Source of the DNA: Eledone cirrhosa | Taxonomy: Eukaryota | Length of the DNA stretch: 64,000 bases | Assembly (NCBI GenBank): GCA_964016885.1 | Contig: OZ024740.1 | Coordinates: 131,378,001 to 131,442,000, forward strand | Direction of reading: 5' to 3' | Shown here: piece by piece, positions 1 through 13,430 of the stretch | Layout of the letters: each line of letters opens with the position of its first letter | Numbering within the stretch: the stretch's first letter is position 1 | Position numbers and translations under genes: made by a program | The notes under the pieces: model-generated | Told to the model about the DNA's origin: nothing | Database searches by the model: none | The model's input: only the letters and a program-made list of their open reading frames with translations

Positions 1-1789
1 ACAAAGCAGATGTCGCTGTGCATGGCAGCGATCCACCCTCTGAAGACGGGCCCAAAAGCAGCCGCACTAAGGACTGCCGCTAGGTAACGATGCTCGACCC
101 TATCGAAAGCTTTCGACTGATCTAAATTGATCAAAGTCCCACCCGTGCCAGGTTCCCTAGCTACCCTCTCTACGATGTATAGAATGAGGTGGAGGTTGTC
201 GTGGATGGATCTGTCGGGAATGGCGCATGACAGCGCCTCTCCCAACAGACCACCAACGACAAGCGTCAACCTCTTTGCTAGTACCTTTGCCAAAATCTTG
301 AACTTTGTGTTTAGCAGAGTTATGGGCCTGAAATTATCTATGTTATACCCCTTGTTCGGATCCTTTCTCAGCAGTGCCACCGCTTCTCGGCTCAAAGAGC
401 TGGGAATTCTCCCGTTATGTTGCCAGTTGCAGTAGACGTCCGGCTAGAGGCCTCCGAACAATCTGGCATCTGTACGTAAAGTTCATAGGGCAGACCATCC
501 AAACTAGGCGATTTACCCCTTGTGCAGCCAGTCATTGCCTCCCGTACTTCAGCGGCTGTTATCGGCTTTTCGCAAAACTGCGCCTCAGTGGCCGAGAGCC
601 GCGGCAGTCCGTCGAGGTAGACACTAAAGTCAATCCCTCGACCCGGCCCACCGCTGCCCCCGAACAGCTGAGTGAAGTGTCGCTGAAAAGCTTCACACAT
701 TTGCCCGGCATCGAGTAGCATGCGCCCGTCGTGGTCCACCAAAGACCGGATCGTGGCTTCGTTGCCACGACGCGCCTCCGCCATTCGGGACCATTGAACG
801 GCTTCCGTCCCCTCGTGTTTGAGAGCACGCACCCTAGCTCTGACAACGCAGGCATTGTGCTTTGCATTGAAGAATTGGTCAATGGCCAATTTCGCCGCAA
901 GTACGTCGGTAGCGATGCCTTTGCTAAGCGCCTCGTCTAATTTTCTAACTAATTCTCCCTCTGCTCTATTATTCTCTATAGCTAAAGACTTACTAAACCT
1001 AATGGACTCTATTCTAATCGCTCTTTTCAGAGCAAACCAACACTTGTTGTTGACGACGGTCGCCGTCTAACGCTTGCTTAACTAGTTCGCTAATCCGGTC
1101 TCTGTAGGCCTTGCGCGCTGGTAAGGGCGCCTTTAGCTTCCAGTAGCCGGGTCCTCGTCTATGAAGCCTATCTAAGTCAAGCACACATATCACGAATTTG
1201 TGGTCGGTGTAGCTGAATATCTTGAATTGTAGACAGTTTATGCTAGACCTCTCTATTTCCCTACAAAATACTCTATCTAGATATGATCTGGATGGCCCGA
1301 TGCGATTTGTCCAACTCTACATTGGCACGTTCGGGAAATCCAATCGGTATCTGTCAGACAGTTCAAAACGCCTGAGCAGGTTCATGAGGCTCTTGCACAC
1401 TCCTCCCCTATCCACTAAACCCACACAGTCCCAGCGTGCATCTAAGATCCCGTTCCATTCGCCCACTAACACTATAGAGCGGGACGTTCCTAGAAAGGTC
1501 TCCAGACGCAGGAAGAAATGAGGCCGCCCTGCTCCTGTCGGAGCATCAACGGCCACTATCCTGAAATCTTGCCCTTCTCCGCTGGTCACGTCCAGCACCA
1601 CCAACCTACCTTCCAGGTCCAGGAAGATGGCCCGTATGGCGAGATCCAAACCTCTCCAAAAAAGCACAGCAACTCCTCCCCCCGATCCAGGACGGCTGGG
1701 AGATGCGTACACATCGTAGCCGCAGAAGATCGGTGCGAAGACCCGTGCCTCGGAGATTCTGGTCTCGCTGATGGCCACTACATCTATGT
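1..1789 (-). pseudogene. Tx1/L1 ORF2 (APE endonuclease and start of RT), disrupted
   Basis: ORFs 1317-1778 (APE) and 392-889 (GKSPSLDGLPYELY); RT domain 1-3 motifs in 1-430; stops and frameshifts. Confidence 0.85.
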
Positions 1790-4700
1790 GTCAGGTCATC
1801 TGTTGGTGCTACTGGTAACATGTATTCCAGTACAACCTGTCTCATGGTTGGGTCGTTGGCGACTAAACTGGCAAGCCCACCAAGATTTGTTGGTGAGGAG
1901 GGTGACTTTGGACATCCTGCAGGACTAAAAACAAAACCTGTCAAAGGGCAAAGGGCAAAGTAACTCCCGGGAGCTCTTCAGAGCTCTTGGAGTCAATGGC
2001 CATCCAAAACCAGCACGGCCCGCAGAAAGACCCTGCAGTGCCGGAAAAGTCAACTTCCTGCCACTAGTATGCTGGTAAGCTAGTACAACGTATCTCCAGA
2101 CGGATAGAGTGGGTCCGTAGCTTTGGTTAGCGACTACTCTAGTGCTTGCAACACGAACAATTAGGGTGAGGGTATATATGCCAGGTTGGTATCTGGCGCC
2201 GGGTAACCCACCACACGGAGAAGAAAGCACCTTCTTCAAGACTTGGCTGTCAAATTCTTTCACTTGTGTGTAGTACTGGCGCACACACACATTATTAGCT
2301 ATTTGAAAAGATGATGGATTTCGCAACTAACTGCACCAGGGTTCCTGTTCCTCAGGGAACCACACTATATGGTATACCTGTTGATATAGGTCCAGCCTCT
2401 GCTTTCCCGGGTCCTGTTTCTGATCATAATGCACCTACAAAGGCATCGAATGATGATGATTACTCAAATCTCAAGGGACGGGGTTCATCTGATGGAGAAG
2501 AAACAGGTCCTAACCAAACAACAAACAAATCTCGCTTGGCTAGATGTAAAAAGCAAATACTTGTTAGCTTCTTGAACACCAGCACACTACTTCCAACACG
2601 TAGACTCCAGGAGCTGGCAGATAATGCCAAACTTCAGAACATTGACATCCTTGCGGTCCAAGAACACCGCTTTTTTCACCCAAAGGATGATCTAACGTAT
2701 CACTCCCTAGGATCCTACCAACTTGTCACCTCTTCAGCCACCAAGAACCCTGTCAATGCCTCCGTCGGAGGAGTCCGCTGCCTTCTCTCATCTAAAGCCA
2801 GCAATAATCCTCTGGGGATTGAAACAATCTCTCCCAGAATATTGGTGCTTACACTAGAGGGCAATCCTAGAACCACTGCGATATGTATATACAGTCCTCA
2901 TAACGCCTCTCTTGAGGATGAGGTAAGAGAATTCTACACGACCCTTCGCACGGTTGTTGAGCAAGTACCCTTACACTACTTTCTTATCATCGCTGGAGAC
3001 GTCAACGCTCAACTTGGCCCGGATGAAGTAAAGTTCACATACAATAGGGTTACTAACCGAAACGGGGAATATCTCAAGGACTTCATGGAAGAATTCAGTC
3101 TATTCAGCTCAAACAACAGCTTCATGAAGACCAGAGGCCAGCTTTGGACCTTCGAATACCCAAACCAAAAACGAGCTCAGATTGACTATTTGATATTTCG
3201 CAAGAAATGGAGAAACTCAATCAAAGATTCTAGATCTTATTCCTCCTTTAGCTCTGTCGGCTCAGATCATCGAGTCATCTCGGCAACAATCAAACTTAGT
3301 CTCAGGATATCCAAGAGGGCCGAACCTCATCCCATGAAAAGAATAGATTGGAAAGCCGTTTCTTCCAACAAACAACTATCCAATAGCTTCACGCTTCAAG
3401 TCTATAACAGATTTCGATCTCTCTCAACTTCTGACACCAATGACGATAATATTGAGGATGTGTATGACTGTCTAAAGCAATCAACAGATGAAGTTGCACT
3501 TGCCACCCTACCTAAAAAGAAAAGCCGAAGCCAAATGAAACCTAATGCCTCAGAGAAGGTAGTTGAGGCAAGGGCCCATCTTAGGTCAATATCCCAATCT
3601 CACCATCAAACACCATCTCAAGGGAAAAAGATACAGCTTATCATGGCCAAAAAAATCACTAGACGACGCTTATCTTAATGCTGAAGCCGACTATATCTCA
3701 GGTAGGATTGATCAGCTATCGCAACATCACATCAGCAAACACCATCATCTTGCTTGGAAGGTTGTCAAAGATCTTTCAGGCAAAAACTCAAACTCTGCAG
3801 TTAGAATCAAAGGAGGCTCTGCCAATAACCGTCTTGAAAATTGGTCTGCTCATTTTAAAAACCTTCTAGGGAAAAAGGCCAGACTCCCTGATAACTATCA
3901 ACTGCCATCGGTTCACGTTTCAGAGCCTTTAGGAATCAACACCTCTCCTTTCACCATGCCTGAGCTCAAAGAAGCCATCAAACAGATTAAAGCCTCAAAA
4001 GCCTTTGGGCCGGATAATATACCTACCCTGATTTGGAAGGATGAGCATTTCCAAATTCTTTTGCTCAACTTATGTAACCATACATTCGAGATCTATAAAC
4101 CACCTAGCGTCTGGCATGCAGCTCAAATTATCCCAATGCCCAAAAAAGGAGATCTTTCTTTAGCCACCAACTATAGAGGAATTTCTCTCATGGCAATTGC
4201 TGCAAAAATATACAAGTTTCTTCTTAACCGCTTAATCCCATTTCTTGAGCCAATCCTTCGTAACAACCAGAATGGATTTAGGAGAGGTAGATCAACACTT
4301 AGCCAGATTCTCTGCCTTCGCCGACTTATAGAGGAGTCCCAAAACCGCAATCTAGACCTTGCACTCATCTTTGTTGATTTTTCAAAAGACTTCGACTCAG
4401 TTGACAGGTGGGGGATGTTTGAAATTCTACGATTCTATGGGATTCTTGATAAAATCATCGCGGCCATACGTGTAATGTATACAGATACCAAATCAACTGT
4501 CCTAACCCCAGATGGGGAAACACCACCTTTCTCAATCATCGCTGGAATTTTACAGGGCGATACCCTTGCTCCGTATCTATTTATCATTGTTGTGGATTTT
4601 ATTTTGCGCATGTCTGTGGATAGGATTCAGGATAGGAGATACCAACTATAGCCTAGGAGAAGCTCACGCTACCCAGCAAAATACTTGACCGACACCGACT

Positions 4701-5454
4701 TTGCTGACGACATCGCATTGATCAGTCGGTTACTGGAAAATGCTGAGAGTCTTTTGAAGTCATTAGAGCAGGCGTCCGACTGTACCTCAACGAATCCAAG
4801 ACTGAGTATGTGAACAGATGCGCAAACAGCCCAAACTACCCCCATCAGAACACTTAATGGTACCACCCTTAAGCAGGTGGAAGATTACAAGTATATTGGC
4901 TCATATATCTCCTCCTCCAAAAAAGATTTTCTAACCAGGACGGGTATGGCATGGTCAGCGTGCAATGACGTGCACGCCATATGGACATCTCAACTTACCA
5001 ACAAGCTAAAACTGGAAATATGCTAAGCAACAAATAAGCCCATATTACTTTATGGATCCGAAACTTGGACACTAACATCACAACTTGAGATGAGATTGGA
5101 TGGCACATATACCCGCCTCTTAATGAGAGTGCAAAACCTATCCTGGAAACGAAATCCCACCTTGTCTAAAATCTATGGCAAACTCCCTCGAGCCTCTGCC
5201 CTTCTAAAATCCCGGAGAGCTCAATTTGCTGGCCACTGTCACCGTGCCAGCAATGAAATCATATCCGCTCTCTTGCTCTGGAACCCTGACTCCAGCCTGG
5301 CTAGGAGTAGGAAGCTGTCATTCCCTGACGTTATCTCTAGGGATACGGGAATCAGTAGACAGGACCTGGGGGCAGCATTGGAGGACAGAGAATTCTGTGG
5401 CATGAGAGTGAGATCCATCGTCTCGACAGTAGTCGACGAATGATGATGATGATG
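1790..5454 (+). mobile_element. Full-length RTE-type LINE with (TGA)n tail and 10-bp TSD
   Basis: TSD ACATCTATGT at 1780-1789 and 5455-5464; about 520-nt 5' UTR; single APE-RT ORF; tail TGATGATGATGATG at 5441-5454. Confidence 0.92.
2311..5443 (+). pseudogene. RTE ORF (APE endonuclease plus reverse transcriptase), a few frameshifts and stops
   Basis: APE motifs ILAVQEH, IAGDVNA, QIDY, SDH; RT motifs NYRGISL, QNGFR, FVDFSKDFDSV, GILQGDTLAP, DFADD (about 4700); C-terminal RLDGTYTRLL...FAGHC. Frameshift near 3650, stop at 4649. Confidence 0.92.
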
Positions 5455-5589
5455 ACATCTATGTTTAGTGATCTGAGGTCGTTGAGCAGGTGGCCCTGCT
5501 TCCATCACGACCCTAAGCCACGCGCATTTATGCTGCTTATTCTGAGTGAGGTCATGTTGAAATGGAGTGGAAAAGATGGGAAAAACCAC

Positions 5590-7260
5590 TTACCTACGTT
5601 CTTCTCGCAGAGGAAGGATGGTTTCACCATACCTTTTCTCTTGATTGTCTGGTGAAGGGACCGTTGAATCGCCCCTTCGGCTGGTCGTAGGCTCTTCTGT
5701 GAGTATATCCGAATATACCCTCCGGTTGAGTGTCCCTCCTAGGTTTCTGAAATCACCAACTGCGTTGGGAAATTTCGTTTTAATGTTTGCGTATTGTTTC
5801 TGTGCTATTTTTACCAGTCTTATGTTCGTTGGTGTTTTGATTGGTGCTGGTATTATGTAGTCGTGCTGTGAAATGTCTGTGTGTTCAATTATGTAAGTCA
5901 TCAATTTCTTGTTGTGTGTATTTATTGCTATGCATTTGTTTTTCTGGGGGTGGGGTGTGGTATGCTATTTTCTTGTTGTTGTTGCTGGGTGTGTGTGTTT
6001 TGTTGTGTTTGCGCGTTGGTACTTGTGATGGTGGTGTTGAAGGTGTTTTTGTTGTTGGCAGTGGGGTTGCCGCCTGTGGTGATGGTGGTGCTAGTGTGGG
6101 TGGTGATGGTGTTGGTGGTGTTGCTGCAGTAAGTCCTTTTGCAGTAGCCTTTACCTTTTTTCGTTTCTTTCCTCTCTTTTCGAAGGCGACGATGCACTGC
6201 TTCTGCGTTTGTGCCTTCTTGCGACCTTTTGCCATCCCTCTCCCACCTCACACTCCATGTCCGATTCTGTGAGGTCGGGGAGGGGTACCAGCTCCACTCT
6301 TTCACTTGTTGTTGTTGGTGATGTTTGCAGTGGAGTCTCTGTTGCAGCTGCAGTTGGTATTGCTGTTGTGGTTGTTAATACTTCCACTGCTGCTGCTGTT
6401 CATGATTTCCGTGGCGTGGGTATGGGTGCCACGGACCAATCCTTCATGGTTGCCGCCACCCTTGTTGCTGGTAGCAGTGGAGCCAGTTTCGGAAGGAGGG
6501 GGGTTTTCTCCTTTGTCAGAGTGTTCTTATTGCAGAAGGCCCTAGTTGAGTCTTAGATCCACAGCGAAAGCATTTCGGGCATTTGCCCTCAACACTTATG
6601 GGCAGTTGAGTGCCGTTATCGAAGTCTATCACATCCGGCATAGCATCGATGCACTCCTGGTTGGTTTGGATTAACATCTCAATGGAGGTGCCGACCCAAT
6701 CTTCTCGTACTTTTTTCTGTACTTGCAGTACAGTTGTTTTGTCCTCGATTCCGACGAGGACAGACACAGCCAGCCAAGAAGGGGCCATCACGAGGGGGGG
6801 GGGGGGGGGGGGTATAGGACGTGGGTCAGTTTGACCCTCACAATTTTTTGTCCGCAGTAGGAGGGCACCGACACCATTTCCTCGCTCCTTAGGGTCACTA
6901 AGGATTGAGCCTTTGCCTCCTGGGGTGTGGCAAAAAGCACGTCTGGTGGCATATTTCTTGCCTCGGGTGATATGCGTTTTCCGCTACCACACAGACCCTA
7001 AGGCTTTTTGTATTTGAGCCTCTGTGGCCCTTTCAACCCTACGGGATTTTCTGCTTGCTGTACGGTACGTTACCGTACAGTGCTGTTTCGAAACATTTTT
7101 TCGGCTGCCCTGCAGATTGCTCGGTGTCCGGTTTTCGTCACCATCTTCTTTGCTTCCTGTAATTCCTCATTTGCTATTAGGATTGTTTCCAGGTTCTTTG
7201 TGATACCTGCAAACGAGTTTGGTTTTTCTTTGTTGTTGTTGTTGTTGTCGTCGTCGTCAG
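5590..7260 (-). pseudogene. Tx1/L1 ORF1 (gag-like, zinc knuckle, Pro/Thr-rich C-terminal part), disrupted
   Basis: Collinear minus-strand ORF pieces 7070-7260, 6516-6791, 6151-6387, 5885-6235 and 5590-5904, ending about 35 nt before the ORF2 ATG at 5555. Confidence 0.7.
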
Positions 7261-7980
7261 AGCTGCTGTTACTATTGTTGTTGCTGCTGGTACTACGACT
7301 GCCGCCGCCGCTGTTGCTGTGGTTGTTGTTGTTGTTGCTGCTGCTACTGTTTTTGTTGTTGTTGCTGCTAATTATGTTTTTGTTTATGCTGCTACTGTTG
7401 TTTTCCTTTTCACTGTTGCTGCAGCTTCTGTTATTACGGCTGCTACTGCTATTATTTATGACGTCAGACGAATGAAATGGGTATTCGTATTTACCGCACA
7501 CCTTTTTCGTCGTTGTCGTCGTCTTGGAGAAATGTTCAACGATTTGCACGTGATTTTGGAAACTATTTTTCTTTACTGGCGTCGCTTGCGAAAAATAAGG
7601 GAGCGATAGAGACACATTTAGAGAAGGGGGGGAGAGAGACAATCTTCTCTCTGCTGTAGTGACGATTGACGAAGAAGAAGACGGAATGTGTGGGTGTGAC
7701 TTGTGAAAATAATTTTTTGTAGCCATGTTTTTTTTGGGTTTAAAATAAATATAGGGCACAAAACCCCAATAAGCGGCTATTTAACCCCCAAGGGCCAAAT
7801 AACGGGCAGAAAGACCCTCTCACGAGGACGAGGGTGTTTTTGTCTACAATTCGGTTAAAGTTTTAAACAATTTACAATTGTTATAGCGGTTAATATTTAC
7901 AATACCTTATAGATCAGAACCTCCGTCAACCATGGCATTCAATAATAATAATAATAACATTAAAAATAATAATAATAATA

Positions 7981-8650
7981 AACACCATATTTACAAGGAG
8001 GAGGCTAGCCCACTGTGTAGGATCTGAGAGAGGAGACTATGGCTCACATTGTATCCGAGTTTAAACACCTAGCCCAGACTCACTATAAAGGCTGGAGGCA
8101 TGATGTGATGGGCAGGGTGATCCACGCAAAGTAAACAATTAACCACATTCTGAGAAATGGTATGAGCATAAGTCAGAGTCGTGATGGAAAACGATCAGGT
8201 GAAGGTGCTGGTGGATATAAGGATACAGAGGGACAAGAAACTGAAACTCAATAGACCTGACCTGGTGGTTTTGGACAAGGGAAAAAGATCGTGCCTGATT
8301 GTGGATGTAGCCGGCCCATTCGACACGAGAGTGCGGGAGAAGGAGAGGTAGAAAATTAGCCGATACCAGGAGTTAAAGTGGGAGGTAAAAAGGATTTGGA
8401 ACTGCCATGAAGTCAAAGTGATCCCGATTGCCATAGGCGCACTAGGGACTATCACAAAAAGTTTTCAGAGATGGTTAAAGAAAATTGGTTCCGTCCCGCT
8501 TTTTGGAACACTTCAAAAGGCATGCTTGCTGGGAACAGCAAGAACTTTCCGATACGTCTTGAATATCTGAGGCTGCAGGTAGTGGTTTGATATTCATTTC
8601 AACAAACTTTCCAGTTAAATAACATCAATGACTGAGACTCAAAGAACAAT
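7981..8650 (+). mobile_element. 5'-truncated R4/Dong-type LINE (zinc knuckle plus REL endonuclease) in (AAT)n
   Basis: Plus-strand remnants CRI..ETMAHIVS, RHD, NRPDLVV, CLIVDVA, IPIAIGALG; flanked on both sides by (AAT)n. Confidence 0.8.
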
Positions 8651-8660
8651 AATAATAATG

Positions 8661-8849
8661 ATTGTTTCTACTTTAGGCACAAGGCCAGCAATTACCCAGT
8701 GCATTACTGGTACTTTATTTTATTAATCCTGAAAGGATGAAAGGCAAAGTTAACCTGCGCGGGATTTGAACATAGATCATAAAGGGATGTAACTCTATGC
8801 ATCAAAGCATGGTGTCCGTCTCTCTACCGATACTGCCAATCCACCGCCA
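8661..8849 (-). mobile_element. tRNA-derived SINE (Nin/Deu-like core)
   Basis: Reverse strand has box A TGGCAGTATCGG, box B GTTCAAATCC, core TTTGCCTTTCATCC and a tail into (ATT)n. A 3' fragment of the same family follows at about 8871-8959. Confidence 0.85.
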
Positions 8850-9984
8850 ATGATAATAATAATAATAATAATTGTTTCTACTTTTGGCACAAGGCCAGCA
8901 AATACCCATTACATTACTGGTACTTTATTTTATCGACCCCGTAAGGAGGAAAGGTAAAGAATAATAATAATAATAATAAGATAAGGGAAGAAGACGCAAG
9001 ATAAGGGAAGAGGCAAGTGGTGGATAGAGTGTTATGGAATCACTCCCGTAAGTTTTTGATATTTAACATATTTAAAACAAATGTGATATAACGATTCGTA
9101 GTTCAAATGGGACATAAAGCGCCAGGCTTCACTCTCAGAAAATTCGGATTCATAACATCCTGTTATATCCCTCAAATATTCAATTTTGTATTATAAATTT
9201 TATATAAAAAAATAAAATGGTTATAAATGGAAGAAACCCCTCTGTCTACACTATATAGAACTGCCAAATAACAGCAATTTCACCATCACCACAAACTAGA
9301 TACATCATCTATCCGATCACCCCTCTGTGTACACTAAATACAACAGCCAGATAAAGGCAATTTCACCCCCCCCACCTCCAATCCCAGCATAATAATAATT
9401 ACTATTATTGTATCTCAAGTGTTCTGAAAATGTTTAATTCAAATATTATTGAAATATGTCAACACATATATTAAACATACGCGACAAACCGCATAGATAC
9501 AGAGATCAAACAAACGCATACTACTAGTGTCTATTCAACAAACTCAGTAACCATAACGCCATCACTTTAGTCACCCCCGCCACCACTACATCATTGCTGC
9601 CCCTATCCCATCACTGCCGTCACCAATCCTTCACTGCTACCACCACTATTCCCCCACTACCTTCTGTTAACTTAAGAAAGGGAAGCTGGCGGTGTCACCA
9701 GACATGGGAGAGTCTAGCAAAAGATATAAATAGACTGACTTAGTGAACCGGCCCAAACGTCAACGACTATGACACTGCTGGCTCCCCCATTCCCTACCAA
9801 CAATAGAAAAAGCCCCAGCACCACCACCGACATAGCCAACAACAATAACAGGCAACTTTAACAAAAGTTATATTATTAATAATAATTTCATTCTTAAACC
9901 ACGCAATGCTCACATTAAGGAACCACTCATTATAATAACAATTAAAAAAACCAACAAAAATAAAACCCCGTTAACCAAAAAATA

Positions 9985-12900
9985 CCGGGATGGCGGCCGG
10001 CGGGGAATAGCCGTGTCTCTAGAGGAGGATGTCGCTTCTAGTCTTGGTTGACACTCGTCCTAGAAGTGGTAACACGAAATGATTATCCCTTGGCGGTTAA
10101 GGATAACACGCGACAAAAGAAAGTAAATGTCAAATGATAAAATCTCATACCGGATCGGCAGTCACGCGGTTCAAAAAGGGCCGCGTCCCACAGAGAGGAA
10201 CCAGACTGGGTTCGAAAAATTAGCTAATGATTCAAACCTTCCCATCACTTCGGAGCTGGAGACCTCCCATAACCGGAATACTCCTACTGTTGGCCCTCCA
10301 TGCTCACCACCAAGAAATCCATAGAAAAAGAGAGAAAAATGGTCAAGGGAAGACAATAAAGAAGTCCTTGTGGCTTTCTACACTGCCATGTACTACCCAT
10401 GAAATAGATAGAATACAGAACAGACATATATCAACTGGAAAAAGAAACATCCCGAAAACAGAGACTATATTGACAGTAACAAACTAGAATATACGAAGAA
10501 ATATTGTTAAGAAAAAGTTACTAACTGATATAGAAATTGATCAGATCAAGCTATAAGCACAGACTAAATATTACTAATTTAAATCATCTCTATTCTGCAT
10601 CGGCTAAAGTCACCACTCACTTGTGTGGAGTGAAAATGAAAAAAAACAAAGGAATTCCCACAAGAAACCTACTTGGAAAGAAAACATCAATAGCCAAATA
10701 AACCTTCTCCGATCTGACATAGAAATGTTGACAAACTACAAAGTAGGTGAACATGTTAAACAAACTAAACTTAGAAAACTGAAAAGGAAATACAGTATAA
10801 AATCAACAAGTGACATAGACATGCTGATAGAAATATTCAATCAAAACGTGTCGGCCAAAGCTGCTCGTATAGGGCGCTTTCAAAAACGATCTAGATTCTA
10901 TAAGGACAATAATATGTACGAAACAACAAAAGAAATTTCTACAGAAAAATTGGCAAGTCAACAATAACTGCTAAATCAATACCACCCAAGGAGGAAGTGC
11001 AAGAATTCTGGGAAAAGATGTGGGCCGAAAAAAGATTTCATAATATACATGCCTTATGGATAGACAGACAAATGAAAGATACAGCTCACATTGAGGAACA
11101 TATATGGAAAAATATAACAGTTGAACAGATGCATTTGGCTCTTAGAGAAACCAATAAATGGAAATCCCCAGGAAAAGACAAAATACAAAATATTTGGATA
11201 AATGCCTTCAGATTCTCTTGAGTTGTTAGCCCATCTTTACAATGAAATAATTAAGGAGCCAGAAAAGATACTACATGGCTAGTTAACGGCATTACATTGC
11301 GGCTTCCGAAGAATGATGAGACAAACCATCCCCAAAATTACAGACCGATAACTTGCTTGACCTCAATGTATAAAATGTCAATAACAGTCCTAACTGAATA
11401 TTCATATGACCATCTGATAACAAATGATCTATTTCGCAATGAGCAGAATGGGTGTAAACGAGGCACATATGGCTGAAAGGATCACCTTTTGGTTAACTAA
11501 TGATACTGGAAGATTGTCATAATAGACACAAAATTCTATCAATTGCGTTGATAGATTATAAAAAAGCATTCGATAGTTTGCCACACAGTCGGATTGAAAA
11601 ATGTTTAGAGATTTTCAAAATATCTCCCGTTGTCAGGAGGTTCTTGTCATTCGGTATGAAGACATGGAAAACGGCACTCCTTTCGAATAGTTAAAAAAAA
11701 TCACTGGAAGTTGGAGAAGATAATATTAATTATGGAATTTTTCAGGGTGTCTCTTTATCATCGCTTTTATTCTGCATCGCACTTATACCATTAAGTAAAA
11801 TGCTCAATGAAACAAAACATGGATATAAAGTCTATGACAAAACCATTAATCATTTGTTCTACATGGGTGACCTGAAACTATTTGCTAAAAATGATGAACA
11901 ATTGCAAGGGCTATTATCCACTGTGGAGCAAATTCAGTGATGGCATTAAAAGGAAGTTTGGACTAGATAAATGCGCCAAAGCAACGTTCACCAGAAGAAA
12001 GCTACTGAAAAGTTCAGACATTAATCTTGATCGGGGGAATATGATAAGAGAACTTGATCAAGAGGAAACTTACAAATATCTAGGTGTTTGTGAAGGAGAC
12101 GGAATCAAGCACTCGACAATGAGGGAAAGGATAAGGAAGGAATGTTACCGCAGAGTAAGGGCAATCTTAAGAACGGAATTGAATGCAAGGAATAGGATAG
12201 ATGCCATAAACACGTTTGCCATACCAGTAGAAACATACAGTTATAACGTCATCAACTGGTCAAGCACAGAGATCCGAAGGCTCGATACAAAAATTTGAAA
12301 ATTCTTAACCATGCACAAAATGCATCACCCTAAGGCAATATACAGATAGAATATATCTCCCTAGGAAAGAAGGAGGACGTGGGTTAATCCAGTTAGATAT
12401 TGCGTTGAAAACTGCAACAATTGGATTATCTACATATCTAAGGGAATCACATGATCGGATGATCAAACTCGTTTTGAAACACGAAAGCATCAAAAGATCA
12501 AACTCCATTACAGAAGATGCACAAAGATCCAGTAATGGACTATAAATTTCAGAAGTCCCATTTACTGTTGAAATGGAAAACACAGAAAAAGCAAAGCAGG
12601 TAAAAGTAACTGCAAAGAAAGTACTGCTACAGAAACTGGCTAAGAAATGGTAAGAAAAACCTCTGTATGGAAAATACCCAGAGCGAGCTAACAATCCTGA
12701 TGTTGACAACACTTTAACCCATCAGTGGTTGGCATCCTCTGGACTGAAATCGGAGACTGATGACTGATTATATCAGCACAAGATCAGTGTCTGGCAACAA
12801 TAAATTACGAAGCCAACATAATAAAAAATGGATGCAGCGCATTATGCCGTGTATGTAAAAAGCAACCAGAGACCATTGATCATATAATTTCAATGTGCAG

Positions 12901-13430
12901 TCCTATAGCTCCAACCGAATACCTAAACAGGCATGACAGAGCTGCACAATACATACATTGGATAATGTGTAAGCATTTTGACCTGCCCCATCAAAATAAT
13001 TGGTGAGAGCATCAACCACCTCCCATACCTGAAAAAGATCAGATCGCAATCTTGTGGAACCTTAGCATCCAAACAGACCGAAAAATAGATGCAAATAGAC
13101 CTGATATAATACTGAAGGACTTTAAAAAGAGGGTATGCCTGCTAATTGATATGTCCATTCCAATAGACAAGAATGTCTCTATACAAAGATTTGAAAAATT
13201 GAGCAAGTATAAAGACCTATAGATAGGAATTGGAAACATGTGGAAATTGAGAACTAAAATAATACGAGTGGTTGTAGGCGCTCTAGGGGTGATACCTAAG
13301 GGTTCCAATGATTATTTATTGCAAATCCCAGGAGACCCGCGTATAGCAGAAATACAAAAGAAAGTACTAATGGGAACTGCCCATATACTAAGGAAGATAC
13401 TGTCAATATAAGTACTTGAGCATAAATTAC
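9985..13430 (+). mobile_element. Near full-length R4/Dong-type LINE (RT plus CCHC plus REL endonuclease), decayed
   Basis: WKSPGKD, NYRPITCL, IDYKKAFDSLPH, GIFQGVSLS, FYMGDLKL, YKYLG, CRVC..ETIDHII..C, RHD, NRPDII, IDMSIP, VVVGALG; ORF stop at about 13411; many disruptions. Confidence 0.9.

Larger units (their letters stand above)
1..7760 (-). mobile_element. L1/Tx1-clade LINE (ORF1 plus APE-RT ORF2), decayed, interrupted by the RTE at 1790-5454 and running off the window start
   Basis: Minus strand: ORF1 with zinc-knuckle remnant (CPKCFRCGSKT); ORF2 starts MTSLRISSINARGLG at 5555 and resumes across the insertion as IDVVAISETR...GGGVAVL...LVGEWN (APE), then RT motifs RPITLLNTKFKILAKVLAKRL and LDQSKAFDRVEH. 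5' boundary uncertain. Confidence 0.85.

Noticed and set aside
7070-7759. 229-aa Asn/Ser-rich host gene
   Set aside because: Trinucleotide repeats run into the Tx1 ORF1 N-terminal region; no sign of an independent gene.
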